From NCBI GenBank assembly GCA_963711565.1, contig CAVQEQ010000004.1:992001-1056000 (forward strand): a DNA stretch of 64,000 nucleotides, given 5' to 3'. Positions within the stretch are counted from its first letter, which is position 1. Each line of letters opens with the position of its first letter. The stretch is from an uncultured delta proteobacterium (GTDB taxonomy: Bacteria; Desulfobacterota; Binatia; Binatales; Binataceae). This document shows, one piece after another, positions 18,157-26,985 of this stretch. The notes beneath the pieces are model-generated. The model was not told the DNA's origin, made no database searches, and saw only the letters and a program-made list of their open reading frames with translations. The position numbers were made by a program, and so were the translations under genes.

Positions 18157-19362
18157 CTACTCGGCAACCCCGTGCGCCGCCGATTCCAGCCTCCTCAAAA
18201 TCCCAGTCCCCAACGTCATATACCCAGCCACTCTCGACAGCGCCGCCAAATCCCGCACCCCAGCCTCTATCTCCGGCGCAATCGCGAGCTTCACCCCCTT
18301 GGGCAAGTCGCGCGCGAACGCCGCGACGCGCTCGATCTCGCCAAGCGTCCGCTCCCGATACTCCTCGAAATGATGCACCAGGCGCCCGAACCCATTCGCC
18401 TCGGCGCCATCTCTCGCTACTGACGCACGCAATTCCGAAATCTCCGCTAGATGACTCAGCGGGCGCGAAGTTGAATCGGCTACAGCCGACCAAGTCCGCT
18501 CGTCGAGGAACCGATTGATCACGATCGCGCTGAGCTTGAGTCCTTCCGCGTTCATCTGCGCGACCAGCTCGCGCGCCTGCCGGATGCGGTCGGGCTCCGC
18601 CGTCGTGACCATCACGAATTTGACCGCTGGCGAATGCAGCAGCGCCTCGGTCTTCTGCAGACGATCGACAATCGCGTCCATGCTCTCCGCCATCGCCGCG
18701 AAAAAATCCGTGATAGTCGAGAGCACGTTGCTGCCAGCGAACCGCTCGATCTCGCGCACGACGAATCGCGCCGCCTCGCTCGCCACCTTCATCGCGATCC
18801 GGCCGGCCGAGAGCGACGGCGTGAACAACCATCGCGCCGTCCGTGAATCGAGCAACCGAATCATCCGCGCGGGCGTCTGCAGGAACTCGAACGAATGCGA
18901 CGCCGGCGGAGTGTCCACGACTTCGAGCTCGAATGCGCCCGTCTGATGGAGATCGTAAAGGCGCTGGAGCGCGGCGAATGCGTCAGCGCCGGCGAACTCC
19001 GCCGTCAGGCTTTTGTAAAATGGATTGTCGAAAACCTTGCGCCGCGTCGCCGGGTCGGCAACGAAGCGCTCGACGATCGCGTCCCATGCGCCGGATACGT
19101 CGAGCATCATCGCGGACAACTGGAGATGCGCATCGAGTCCCGCCGCCGCCAGCTGCCGCGCCCCAATCCGCGTCGGCTGCCCGCCCAGGCGCGCGAGCCC
19201 GAGGGCATCGCGCAACCGCTCGGAAGGATCGACGGTGATCACCGCCGTATTGAGATTCGCCGACGCCCCCGCCAGCGCCAGCGCCGCCGCGATCGTCGTC
19301 TTGCCGACTCCGCCGGTCCCCAGCAGTATCGGAATCGATCCTTTGGTGAGCAAGTCCTTCAA
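18157..19362 (-). CDS. ArsA/Get3-like ATPase
   Basis: GTGGVGKTT deviant Walker A, TVDP..RL.DALG, VDTPP. Confidence 0.88.
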   Translation of the reverse strand: MKDLLTKGSIPILLGTGGVGKTTIAAALALAGASANLNTAVITVDPSERLRDALGLARLGGQPTRIGARQLAAAGLDAHLQLSAMMLDVSGAWDAIVERFVADPATRRKVFDNPFYKSLTAEFAGADAFAALQRLYDLHQTGAFELEVVDTPPASHSFEFLQTPARMIRLLDSRTARWLFTPSLSAGRIAMKVASEAARFVVREIERFAGSNVLSTITDFFAAMAESMDAIVDRLQKTEALLHSPAVKFVMVTTAEPDRIRQARELVAQMNAEGLKLSAIVINRFLDERTWSAVADSTSRPLSHLAEISELRASVARDGAEANGFGRLVHHFEEYRERTLGEIERVAAFARDLPKGVKLAIAPEIEAGVRDLAALSRVAGYMTLGTGILRRLESAAHGVAE

Positions 19363-19447
19363 GTATCGGCTCCCTGGAGGGTCACAATATCAGTCCCGTC
19401 CCACATTTCCTCTCCCGAGCTTCTTGTTACGAGCCATCGAGTCGCCG

Positions 19448-19550
19448 CCCTGAGAGCAAAGTAGCGCGCCGCGCGCAACTTTGCGTTTTTCACTTTCACA
19501 CTGGGTGCAGGGGTCACCCCTGCCGCCCGCCGCGCAGGCGATTATTCTTT
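19448..19550 (+). repeat. Repeat family B, full copy
   Basis: Near-identical to 11385-11470, with GGGG-TCA-CCCC variant hairpin. Confidence 0.9.
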
Positions 19551-19692
19551 CTTGATATTTCTCGGCACACGACGCTTGCGGGCATCGCGACAACCGTTGT
19601 CATTCCGCCGCGCTAGACTTATGCACAGTGAGTTCGACGCCACCCGCATCGAAAGCTACAATCGAATGCGGATGGTGTGGGAGGTGGCTCTG

Positions 19693-20961
19693 ATGGAATC
19701 GGAAATGGTTGTGGCGGCGTTGGTTGTTCTGAGCGTCCTCTCGATCGCGGGGATTCTGATCGTAATTGCCCGCCTACGCGCTCTCTCTGCGAATGATTCC
19801 TTCGCGCAATTGACCGAGCGCCTGGATTCGATCGCGCGCAACCTCGACGAAAAATTGACCCAGACGCGCACCGACCTCGCCGGCCGCCTCCAGCAGGCAC
19901 AGGGCGATCTGAATCTTGCGACCGCCGATCGTTTGTCGGATGGATTCCTCAACCTCAACGCCGCGCTCGAGCAGCATCTCTCTGCCGGCCGGCAGGAGCA
20001 GGCGAACTCGCTGAAGCTCGAAATCGCTGCGCTGACCACACAAACCAGGGACAGCATCGAAGGCATTCGCGCTGATGTCGGCGATAAGCTGGCCGCCATC
20101 ACGAACACCGTGCAGGTGAAGCTGGACCAGAATATCAAGGACGGGTTTGCGCAGTTCGAAAAAGTTCAGAACCATCTCAACGAAGCGCAGGAACAGCTAA
20201 AAAACCTCGGCGTAATCGGCGCGTCAATCAACGACCTCAACAATCTGCTCAAGATGCCGCATCTGCGCGGCCGCTTCGGTGAGCAGGGCCTCGAGCGCCT
20301 GCTCGAGGATTTTCTCCCGCGTCACATGTACGACCTGCAGGCTTCGCCGGGCGGCGAGGGTTCGGGCCGCGTCGATGCGATCATAAAGTTTCCCGACCGC
20401 GTGCTGCCGATCGATGCGAAGTTTCCGCGCGAGCAGGTGCTTGCGCTTTTCGAGGCGAACGATCCTCAGGCTGTCGATCAGGCGCGCGTGGAATTCGAGC
20501 GCGTGATGAAGGAGCAGGCCAAACGCATCGCCGGCTACATCAGGCCCGAAGCGGGCACGACCGACATGGCCCTGATGTATCTGCCGAGCGAGACGCTGTA
20601 CATGGAAGCCGTCCTCAACGCCGAGCTCAGCGACTGGCTCAATCAGCGCCGCGTGTACCCGGTCTCGCCGAACACGCTGATCGTGACGCTGCAATCGATC
20701 CAGATGGTTTTCAAAATGTACGAGTATGCCAAGGGGCACGAGCGCGCGACCGAGGAATTGAAGAAGGCGCAGAACGCATTCGGCCATTTCGAGAATCAGT
20801 TCGAGGCGCTGGGCAAGTCGCTGTCGAAAGCGCAGGACGCGTTCGAAGTCGCCAAGGGTCATCTGACACGCTATCGCAATCGCGTCACCAACTTGACCGG
20901 CGAACCTGCCCCCGAGCTCGACTTCCCTCCGCCGCCGACCAACCTGCGAGAAATTGCGTAG
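19693..20961 (+). CDS. rmuC: DNA recombination protein RmuC
   Basis: N-terminal TM plus coiled coil, RGRFGE..LE.LL, VDAIIKFP, PIDAKFP, TTDMALMYLPSE, SPNTL. Confidence 0.92.
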   Translation: MESEMVVAALVVLSVLSIAGILIVIARLRALSANDSFAQLTERLDSIARNLDEKLTQTRTDLAGRLQQAQGDLNLATADRLSDGFLNLNAALEQHLSAGRQEQANSLKLEIAALTTQTRDSIEGIRADVGDKLAAITNTVQVKLDQNIKDGFAQFEKVQNHLNEAQEQLKNLGVIGASINDLNNLLKMPHLRGRFGEQGLERLLEDFLPRHMYDLQASPGGEGSGRVDAIIKFPDRVLPIDAKFPREQVLALFEANDPQAVDQARVEFERVMKEQAKRIAGYIRPEAGTTDMALMYLPSETLYMEAVLNAELSDWLNQRRVYPVSPNTLIVTLQSIQMVFKMYEYAKGHERATEELKKAQNAFGHFENQFEALGKSLSKAQDAFEVAKGHLTRYRNRVTNLTGEPAPELDFPPPPTNLREIA

Positions 20962-20964
20962 CCG

Positions 20965-22155
20965 CTACTCGGATTCCTGATCGGACGGGGGCGGCGGCTT
21001 CAACTGGCTGCGCTCCTTGCCCGCGACAATCCATCGCTCGACTTCGTGACGCTCGCGTTTCAAAAATCCCGCAATCGCGCGCTTGAGATCCGGATTCGAA
21101 ACATAGTGGATACTTCGCGTGAGTGCCGGGTCGAAGCCGCGCAGCCATTTGTATTCGCCGCCGGCGCCCGGCTCGTAGCGCTGGATGCCGTTCAGAATCG
21201 AGTGCTCGATTCCCGCGTAGTAGCAAACATTGAAGTGCAGAAATCGAACCTCACGGAAGCATCCCCAATAGCGGCCGTACATCACGTTCGCCTTCGCGAG
21301 ATTGACCGCGCCCGCGATCAGCTCGCGCCCCGCGTACGCGCCGATAAAAACCATGTTGCGCTTGAAGGTCCTGCGGATGAGGTCGAAAAAATCCGGCGTG
21401 AGATAGCGGCGTCCCCAGTAAAGCTTCTCGATCGTCGAGCAATAGATTTGGTACATCTCGGCGAACATCTTGTCGGGAATTTCCTCACCGGCGACGACGC
21501 GGATGTGGACGCCCTGATCGTCCATCGCGGCGCGTTCGTGACGCACCGCCGTGCGCCGCTTGTGCTTGAGCCGGTTGAGGTAATCGTCGAAGGTCGCGAA
21601 GCCCGCGTTGTGCCAATGGTACTGGTAGCCGAGCCGCTCCATGAATCCGATCGGCGCGAGCGCACTGGCCTCGTCGGGCTCGCAGAAATTGACGTGCACC
21701 GACGAGAGCTTGTTGTCTTCGCAGATCGACGTGAGCGCCAGCCCCAGCAGATTTATCAGGCCCCCGCGATCGCTGCCCGGCGCTGTAAGAAATCGCCGGC
21801 CGGTATGCGGCGTGAACGGCACGCCGACCAGAATTTTCGGGAAGTAGCGGAGTCCGGCGCGCTCGGCTGCGTCGGCCCATCCGTGGTCGAAGACGAACTC
21901 GCCCATACTGTGAGTTTTGAGATAGAGCGGGCACGCTGCGACGACCTGCTTTTTTGGACCCTGCCGAACAATCAGGTGATACGGCGCCCATCCGGTGTCG
22001 CGCGCCGCCGAGCCCGATTGCTCCATCGCGCGCAGCCAGTCCCATTCGACGAACGGAGAATCGTCGGGCGCGAGCAGACCGTCCCACGCGTCGCGGGAAA
22101 TCTTGTCGATTCCCTCGACGATTGCGACTTCGAGTCGTGGCGCGGCATCATTCAT
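20965..22155 (-). CDS. FemAB-like GNAT protein (DUF482)
   Basis: [48 protein letters not shown]. Confidence 0.9.
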   Translation of the reverse strand: MNDAAPRLEVAIVEGIDKISRDAWDGLLAPDDSPFVEWDWLRAMEQSGSAARDTGWAPYHLIVRQGPKKQVVAACPLYLKTHSMGEFVFDHGWADAAERAGLRYFPKILVGVPFTPHTGRRFLTAPGSDRGGLINLLGLALTSICEDNKLSSVHVNFCEPDEASALAPIGFMERLGYQYHWHNAGFATFDDYLNRLKHKRRTAVRHERAAMDDQGVHIRVVAGEEIPDKMFAEMYQIYCSTIEKLYWGRRYLTPDFFDLIRRTFKRNMVFIGAYAGRELIAGAVNLAKANVMYGRYWGCFREVRFLHFNVCYYAGIEHSILNGIQRYEPGAGGEYKWLRGFDPALTRSIHYVSNPDLKRAIAGFLKRERHEVERWIVAGKERSQLKPPPPSDQESE

Positions 22156-22278
22156 GACGGACTCAAAATATCAGACTTATCGCAACCGAACCGATTTATT
22201 CCGATGCTCACTAGGCATCCGCGAATTTGTTATTATATTTATCAGACGGAGCGAGGCGCTCCGAGCGACAGAGGTGAG

Positions 22279-22653
22279 ATGGCTGATTTCGTGCGCACAA
22301 TTTCGGCGCGAATCACCGACGGCGACGGCAATGGCGACGGCCGCTCGGGCGACGGCGACATCGTCACCGAGCGCAAGACCCGCACCAAGTCGAAGACCGC
22401 CAAACCGCCTCTCTACAAGGTGATTTTGCTCAATGACGATTACACGCCCATGGAATTCGTCGTCGAAGTGTTGAAGGCGGTGTTTCATAAGCCGCATGCC
22501 GACGCGACGCGAATCATGCTGCACGTGCATCAGAACGGGATGGGCGTCGCGGGCGTGTATCCGTTCGAGGTCGCCGAGACCAAGACGCATACCGTCGAGG
22601 AACTCGCGCGGCAGGCCGAGTATCCGCTCAAATGCGTGATGGAAAAGGAGTGA
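22279..22653 (+). CDS. clpS: ClpAP adaptor ClpS
   Basis: [36 protein letters not shown]; GAGGTG RBS. Confidence 0.97.
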   Translation: MADFVRTISARITDGDGNGDGRSGDGDIVTERKTRTKSKTAKPPLYKVILLNDDYTPMEFVVEVLKAVFHKPHADATRIMLHVHQNGMGVAGVYPFEVAETKTHTVEELARQAEYPLKCVMEKE

Positions 22654-22668
22654 CAGGCTATAGCATCG

Positions 22669-25014
22669 ATGGCTTCACCGAATAACAACATTATGATCAG
22701 CCGCGAACTGCAGGTAACCCTGCAACTCGCGATGACCGAAGCCGTTAACCGGCGCCATGAGTTCGTCCAACTCGAGCATCTGCTGTTCGCGATGCTCCAT
22801 GACGTGACGACGACCACGATTCTGAAAAGTTGCGGCGCCGACCTCGACGCGCTGCGGCGCAAGCTCGCGCATTACCTCGACGAGCAGGTCGAGCGGATGC
22901 CCAAGGGCGAAGAAGTCTCGCCGCGCTACGCGATCGGAGTGCAACGTGCTCTCCAGCGGGCAGCCTTGCATGTGCAGTCGGCGGGTCGCCAGGAGATCAC
23001 GGGCGGCAACGTGCTGGTCGCGATGTTCCACGAGACCGAATCGCCGGCGATTTTCTTTTTGCAGGAGCAGGGCGTCACCCGCTTCGACGTGATCAATTTT
23101 ATTTCGCACGGAGTGTCGAAGGCGGGCGCTGAGGATGAGGAGGACGGCGACGAATCCGACGGCAAGGATTCAGTCGAGCGCGAAGGCCATGAGCATGAGG
23201 GCGGCGACGAAGAGGGCGAGCGCAAGATGTCGCCGTCGAAGGCGCTCAACACTTACGCAATCAATCTCGCCAAGCGCGCGGCGGACGGAAAGATCGATCC
23301 GCTCGTCGGCCGCAAGAAGGAACTCGAGCGCGCGGTGCATGTGCTGCTGCGCCGGCGCAAGAACAATCCCGTGTTCGTCGGCGAGGCTGGAGTCGGCAAG
23401 ACCGCGCTGGCCGAGGGGCTCGCGCTGGCGATTCACAAGGGCGACGTGCCCGACGCGCTGAAGGGCGTCGAGATTTACGCGCTCGACATGGGCGCGCTGC
23501 TCGCGGGCACGCGCTTTCGCGGCGATTTCGAGCAGCGGCTAAAGGCGGTCATCAAGGCTGTAGTCGGCGACTCGAAACGGATTTTGTTCATCGACGAGAT
23601 ACACACGATAGTCGGCGCGGGAGCGGCGTCCGGCGGGACGATGGATGCGTCCAACCTGCTGAAGCCGGCGCTCGCGTCGGGCGATTTGCGCTGTATCGGA
23701 TCGACGACCTACCAGGAATACAAGCGCTCGTTCGACAAGGACAAGGCGTTGGCGCGCCGCTTCCAGCGAATCGACGTGGTCGAGCCGACGCAGGACGAGG
23801 CTGTGCAGATTCTCAACGGCATCAAGTCGTACTACGAGAAGCATCACAACGTCCGCTACACCAACTCGGCGATCAGATTGTCGGTCGAGCTGTCGGCGCG
23901 CTACGTCAACGACCGCTTCCTGCCGGACAAGGCGATCGACGTGATGGACGAGGCTGGAGTCGCGGGACATTTGCGCGGCACGGGCGCGACGGAGCCGGTG
24001 ACGGTCGGCACGCGCGACGTCGAACGCACGGTGGCGCGGATGGCGAAGATTCCGGAGCGCACGGTGTCGGCGACGGATCGCGGACGCTTGCAGACGCTCG
24101 ACGAAGATATGAAGCAGGCGGTGTTCGGCCAGGACGAGGCGATCAACTCGGTCGCTCGCGCGATCAAGCTCGCGCGATCGGGGCTGAGCCATCCCGATAA
24201 GCCGGTCGGCGCGTTCCTGTTCGCGGGACCGACGGGCGTCGGCAAGACCGAAGTGGCGCGGCAGCTCGCGAAGGTGATGGGCGTCGAGTTCATCCGCTTC
24301 GACATGAGCGAGTACATGGAGCGGCACACGGTGTCGCGGCTGATTGGCGCGCCGCCGGGCTACGTCGGCTTCGACCAGGGCGGACTGCTGACCGACGCAA
24401 TCAACAAGACGCCGCATGCAGTGCTGCTGCTCGACGAGATCGAAAAAGCGCATCCCGATTTGTTCAACATCCTGTTGCAGGTGATGGATCACGCGACGCT
24501 GACCGACAACAACGGTCGCAAAGCGGATTTCCGCAATGTGATCCTCGTGATGACAACCAACGCCGGCGCGCAGGAACTGTCGCGCGCGATGATCGGCTTC
24601 AGCGGCGGCCTCGGCCAGGGCAATCCGAAGGGCGTGCTCGAGCGAATGTTCTCGCCTGAGTTCCGCAACCGCCTGTCCGCAACAATCGAATTCGCACCGC
24701 TAAGTCCCGCGACGATGGAACGCGTGGTCAACAAGTTCATCGCGGAGCTGCAAGAGCGTCTCGACAAGCAGAAGGTCACGCTGACAGTAACGCCGGCCGC
24801 AAAGAAATGGCTGGCGGAACATGGTCACGATCCCCGCTTCGGCGCGCGTCCGTTGGGACGCCTGATCGAAAACGAGATCGCGCGGGAGTTAGCGGACCAG
24901 GTTCTCTTCGGCAAACTGACCAAAGGCGGCAAAGCAACCGCAGACCTCGACGGCGACAAGCTCGCATTCTCATACGAGCCGAATCCCGCCCGCCAGCCCG
25001 CCCCAGTAGCGTAA
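22669..25014 (+). CDS. clpA: Clp protease ATP-binding subunit ClpA
   Basis: Two AAA modules ([16 protein letters not shown]), DMSEYME, no middle domain, follows clpS. Confidence 0.96.
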   Translation: MASPNNNIMISRELQVTLQLAMTEAVNRRHEFVQLEHLLFAMLHDVTTTTILKSCGADLDALRRKLAHYLDEQVERMPKGEEVSPRYAIGVQRALQRAALHVQSAGRQEITGGNVLVAMFHETESPAIFFLQEQGVTRFDVINFISHGVSKAGAEDEEDGDESDGKDSVEREGHEHEGGDEEGERKMSPSKALNTYAINLAKRAADGKIDPLVGRKKELERAVHVLLRRRKNNPVFVGEAGVGKTALAEGLALAIHKGDVPDALKGVEIYALDMGALLAGTRFRGDFEQRLKAVIKAVVGDSKRILFIDEIHTIVGAGAASGGTMDASNLLKPALASGDLRCIGSTTYQEYKRSFDKDKALARRFQRIDVVEPTQDEAVQILNGIKSYYEKHHNVRYTNSAIRLSVELSARYVNDRFLPDKAIDVMDEAGVAGHLRGTGATEPVTVGTRDVERTVARMAKIPERTVSATDRGRLQTLDEDMKQAVFGQDEAINSVARAIKLARSGLSHPDKPVGAFLFAGPTGVGKTEVARQLAKVMGVEFIRFDMSEYMERHTVSRLIGAPPGYVGFDQGGLLTDAINKTPHAVLLLDEIEKAHPDLFNILLQVMDHATLTDNNGRKADFRNVILVMTTNAGAQELSRAMIGFSGGLGQGNPKGVLERMFSPEFRNRLSATIEFAPLSPATMERVVNKFIAELQERLDKQKVTLTVTPAAKKWLAEHGHDPRFGARPLGRLIENEIARELADQVLFGKLTKGGKATADLDGDKLAFSYEPNPARQPAPVA

Positions 25015-25015
25015 C

Positions 25016-25098
25016 CTCCGATACCCTCCTCCGATGTTGGAGGAGGGTTAGGGTGGACGACCATTTGCGGCGCGATTGTCTGTTGCGCCGCGAGCATT
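25016..25098 (+). repeat. Family A arm, copy 1, directly after clpA stop
   Basis: CCCTCCTCCGATGTTGGAGGAGGGTTAGGGTGGACGACCATTTGCGGCGCGAT. Confidence 0.92.
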
Positions 25099-25174
25099 GA
25101 ATTGATCGGACATCTGGCGAAGTCGCCGCCAGAGCCAAAGCAGAAAAAGTGAACCTAGGAGCCGATTTCTGGTC

Positions 25175-25690
25175 GTGACAGAACCAGTTGTCATTGAGGA
25201 TTACGATCCCGGGTGGCCGCGACGATACGAGACGTTGCGCGCGAGGGTTGCCGACGCCCTCGGCGGACTGGCGGCGAGGATCGAGCACGTCGGCAGCACG
25301 TCTGTCCCCGGACTTGCTGCCAAGCCGACCATCGACATCGTTGTTCTTCTCCGATCCGTGCACGATCTTCCTGCCGCTATAGAGGGACTTGCTCGACTTG
25401 GCTATGCGCATGAGGGCGATTTTGGAATCGTCGGTAGAGAAGCATTCGCGACCCCGCCAGGATACGCCGTGCATGACCATCACCTCTACGTGTGCGCCCC
25501 TGATTGGGTTGGATTCGAAGATCAAATACTCTTCCGCGATTATCTGCGCGCCCACCCAAGAATTGCTAACGCGTATGCGCGCTTGAAGCGCTCATTGGCG
25601 AACAAGCACCGACATAACCGTCCCGCCTATCCCGACGCGAAGGCTGGTTTCGTCAGAGCCGTTCTTGAGCGCGCCCGCCACGCACGATGA
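25175..25690 (+). CDS. GrpB/UPF0157 nucleotidyltransferase-fold protein
   Basis: YDPGWP, IEHVGSTSVPGLAAKPTIDI, HHLYV, FRDYLR.HP, YARLK. Confidence 0.92.
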   Translation: MTEPVVIEDYDPGWPRRYETLRARVADALGGLAARIEHVGSTSVPGLAAKPTIDIVVLLRSVHDLPAAIEGLARLGYAHEGDFGIVGREAFATPPGYAVHDHHLYVCAPDWVGFEDQILFRDYLRAHPRIANAYARLKRSLANKHRHNRPAYPDAKAGFVRAVLERARHAR

Positions 25691-25737
25691 CTACTTGTCA
25701 AGTATATAATTCCCCATGGAGGAGGGAATTCTGATTT

Positions 25738-25776
25738 TCAGATCTGATCGGCGGGCTTCTGCAGCACCGTTGGCTG
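25738..25776 (-). pseudogene. Orphan copy of the nadB 3' end (QPTVLQKPADQI*)
   Basis: Aligns codon for codon with nadB 26986-27024 (HPTVLQKPSEQI*). Confidence 0.85.
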
Positions 25777-25827
25777 GCATTCTCATACGAGCCGAATCCC
25801 GCGAGACGACCTGCGCCGGTTGCGTAA
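25774..25827 (+). pseudogene. Orphan copy of the clpA 3' end ([17 protein letters not shown])
   Basis: Aligns with clpA 24961-25014 ([17 protein letters not shown]), 16/17 aa identical. Confidence 0.93.
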
Positions 25828-25828
25828 G

Positions 25829-25911
25829 CTCCGATTCCCTCCTCCGATGTTGGAGGAGGGTTAGGGTGGAGGACCATTTGCGGCGCGATAATCTGACGCG
25901 CCGCACGCATT
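25829..25911 (+). repeat. Family A arm, copy 2, directly after the orphan clpA stop
   Basis: Near-identical to 25016-25098. Confidence 0.92.
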
Positions 25912-26284
25912 ACGTCCCCTTCTTGCCGGTTCGCAGCGTTGGCTGGAGAACTTCGGCGATCCGCGCAACAACGGAATCGACATCGCTCATTACATCGAAG
26001 TTCCAGAATCGCAACACGCGATATCCGTTGCCGCGCAGGAACTCGCTCCGGCTTTCGTCCCGCTCTTCCTGATCGGCATGCTGTGAACCATCAACTTCGA
26101 TGATCAGTCTCGCCTCCAGGCAAACGAAGTCGACGAAGAAGGGGCCAATTGAGAATTGCCTGCGGAATTGGAACCCATCGAGCTGCCTTTTGCGCAAGCG
26201 CGACCACAACTTCTGTTCGGCTTCCGTGGCGGTGGCGCGCAGTCTGCGCGCGGTATCGCGTGGGAGCGTTGGTTCGTGAGGCAC
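25910..26284 (-). CDS. DUF559 / Vsr-like PD-(D/E)xK endonuclease
   Basis: ARRLR..TEAEQKLW.RLR, FRRQ.IG.F.VDF.C, IIEVDGSQH, D..R..FL...GYRVLRFWN; GTG start inferred. Confidence 0.92.
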   Translation of the reverse strand: MPHEPTLPRDTARRLRATATEAEQKLWSRLRKRQLDGFQFRRQFSIGPFFVDFVCLEARLIIEVDGSQHADQEERDESRSEFLRGNGYRVLRFWNFDVMSDVDSVVARIAEVLQPTLRTGKKGT

Positions 26285-26306
26285 GCGCGTGCACTTGTCA
26301 GAATTA

Positions 26307-26380
26307 CGGCGCAGCAGACAATCGCGCAGCAAATGGTCCTCCACCCTAACTCTCCTCCAACCTAGGAGGAGGGAATCAGG
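26307..26380 (-). repeat. Family A arm, inverted copy, overlapping the DsbA-like stop
   Basis: Reverse complement reads TTCCCTCCTCCTAGGTTGGAGGAGAGTTAGGGTGGAGGACCATTTGCTGCGCGATTGTCTG. Confidence 0.92.
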
Positions 26381-26975
26381 CGATTGCCAATCCAGCTTCG
26401 GTGAGGCGAGCCTCCAGCACTGGGATTCGGTCGTGGCCCCAGAACGGTTCGCCTTCGAAGAAGAATAGCGGGACGCCGAAGACGTGATCATTCGCGGCTT
26501 CGTCCTGGGCGCGCTGATAGGCTAGGGCGCCATCGCCTGACAGATATTTGCGATAGTCGCCGGCTGACATGCCGAGACTCGCGATCACACTCGCGACTGC
26601 GTCGGGCTGATCGGCTTCCAGTTCGCGCTTGAAGAACAGTTCGTACACTCGACGACTGTAATCGAGCAGGCGGCCATGCTGCTCCGCGAAGAGGCCGCCG
26701 ATCAGCGCGGGAGTTGTGTCGTAGACCTTCAGCGGTCCGCGAATTATCAGGCCGCGCGGCTTGGCCCATCGGCGGGCGTCGAGGTACGAGTACTGCGCCT
26801 TGTGCTCCGAGTAGAGACTGCGCTCGCCCTTGCCCTTGATGCGTAGCTGGAAGGGAATCCATCGCAGCCGAATGCGATAGCGCTGCTCGAGCGCGAACGC
26901 GGGATCGAACGCGAGGTAAGCGAACGGACTCTTGTAGTCCGAGTACATTTTCACTTCTTTTTTCAGTGAATTCAC
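26376..26975 (-). CDS. DsbA-like / 2-hydroxychromene-2-carboxylate isomerase (GST kappa) family
   Basis: YSDYKSPFAYLA, DARRWA, VFGVP.F...GEPFWGHDRI. Confidence 0.88.
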   Translation of the reverse strand: MNSLKKEVKMYSDYKSPFAYLAFDPAFALEQRYRIRLRWIPFQLRIKGKGERSLYSEHKAQYSYLDARRWAKPRGLIIRGPLKVYDTTPALIGGLFAEQHGRLLDYSRRVYELFFKRELEADQPDAVASVIASLGMSAGDYRKYLSGDGALAYQRAQDEAANDHVFGVPLFFFEGEPFWGHDRIPVLEARLTEAGLAIA

Positions 26976-26985
26976 ACCTAGAGTT

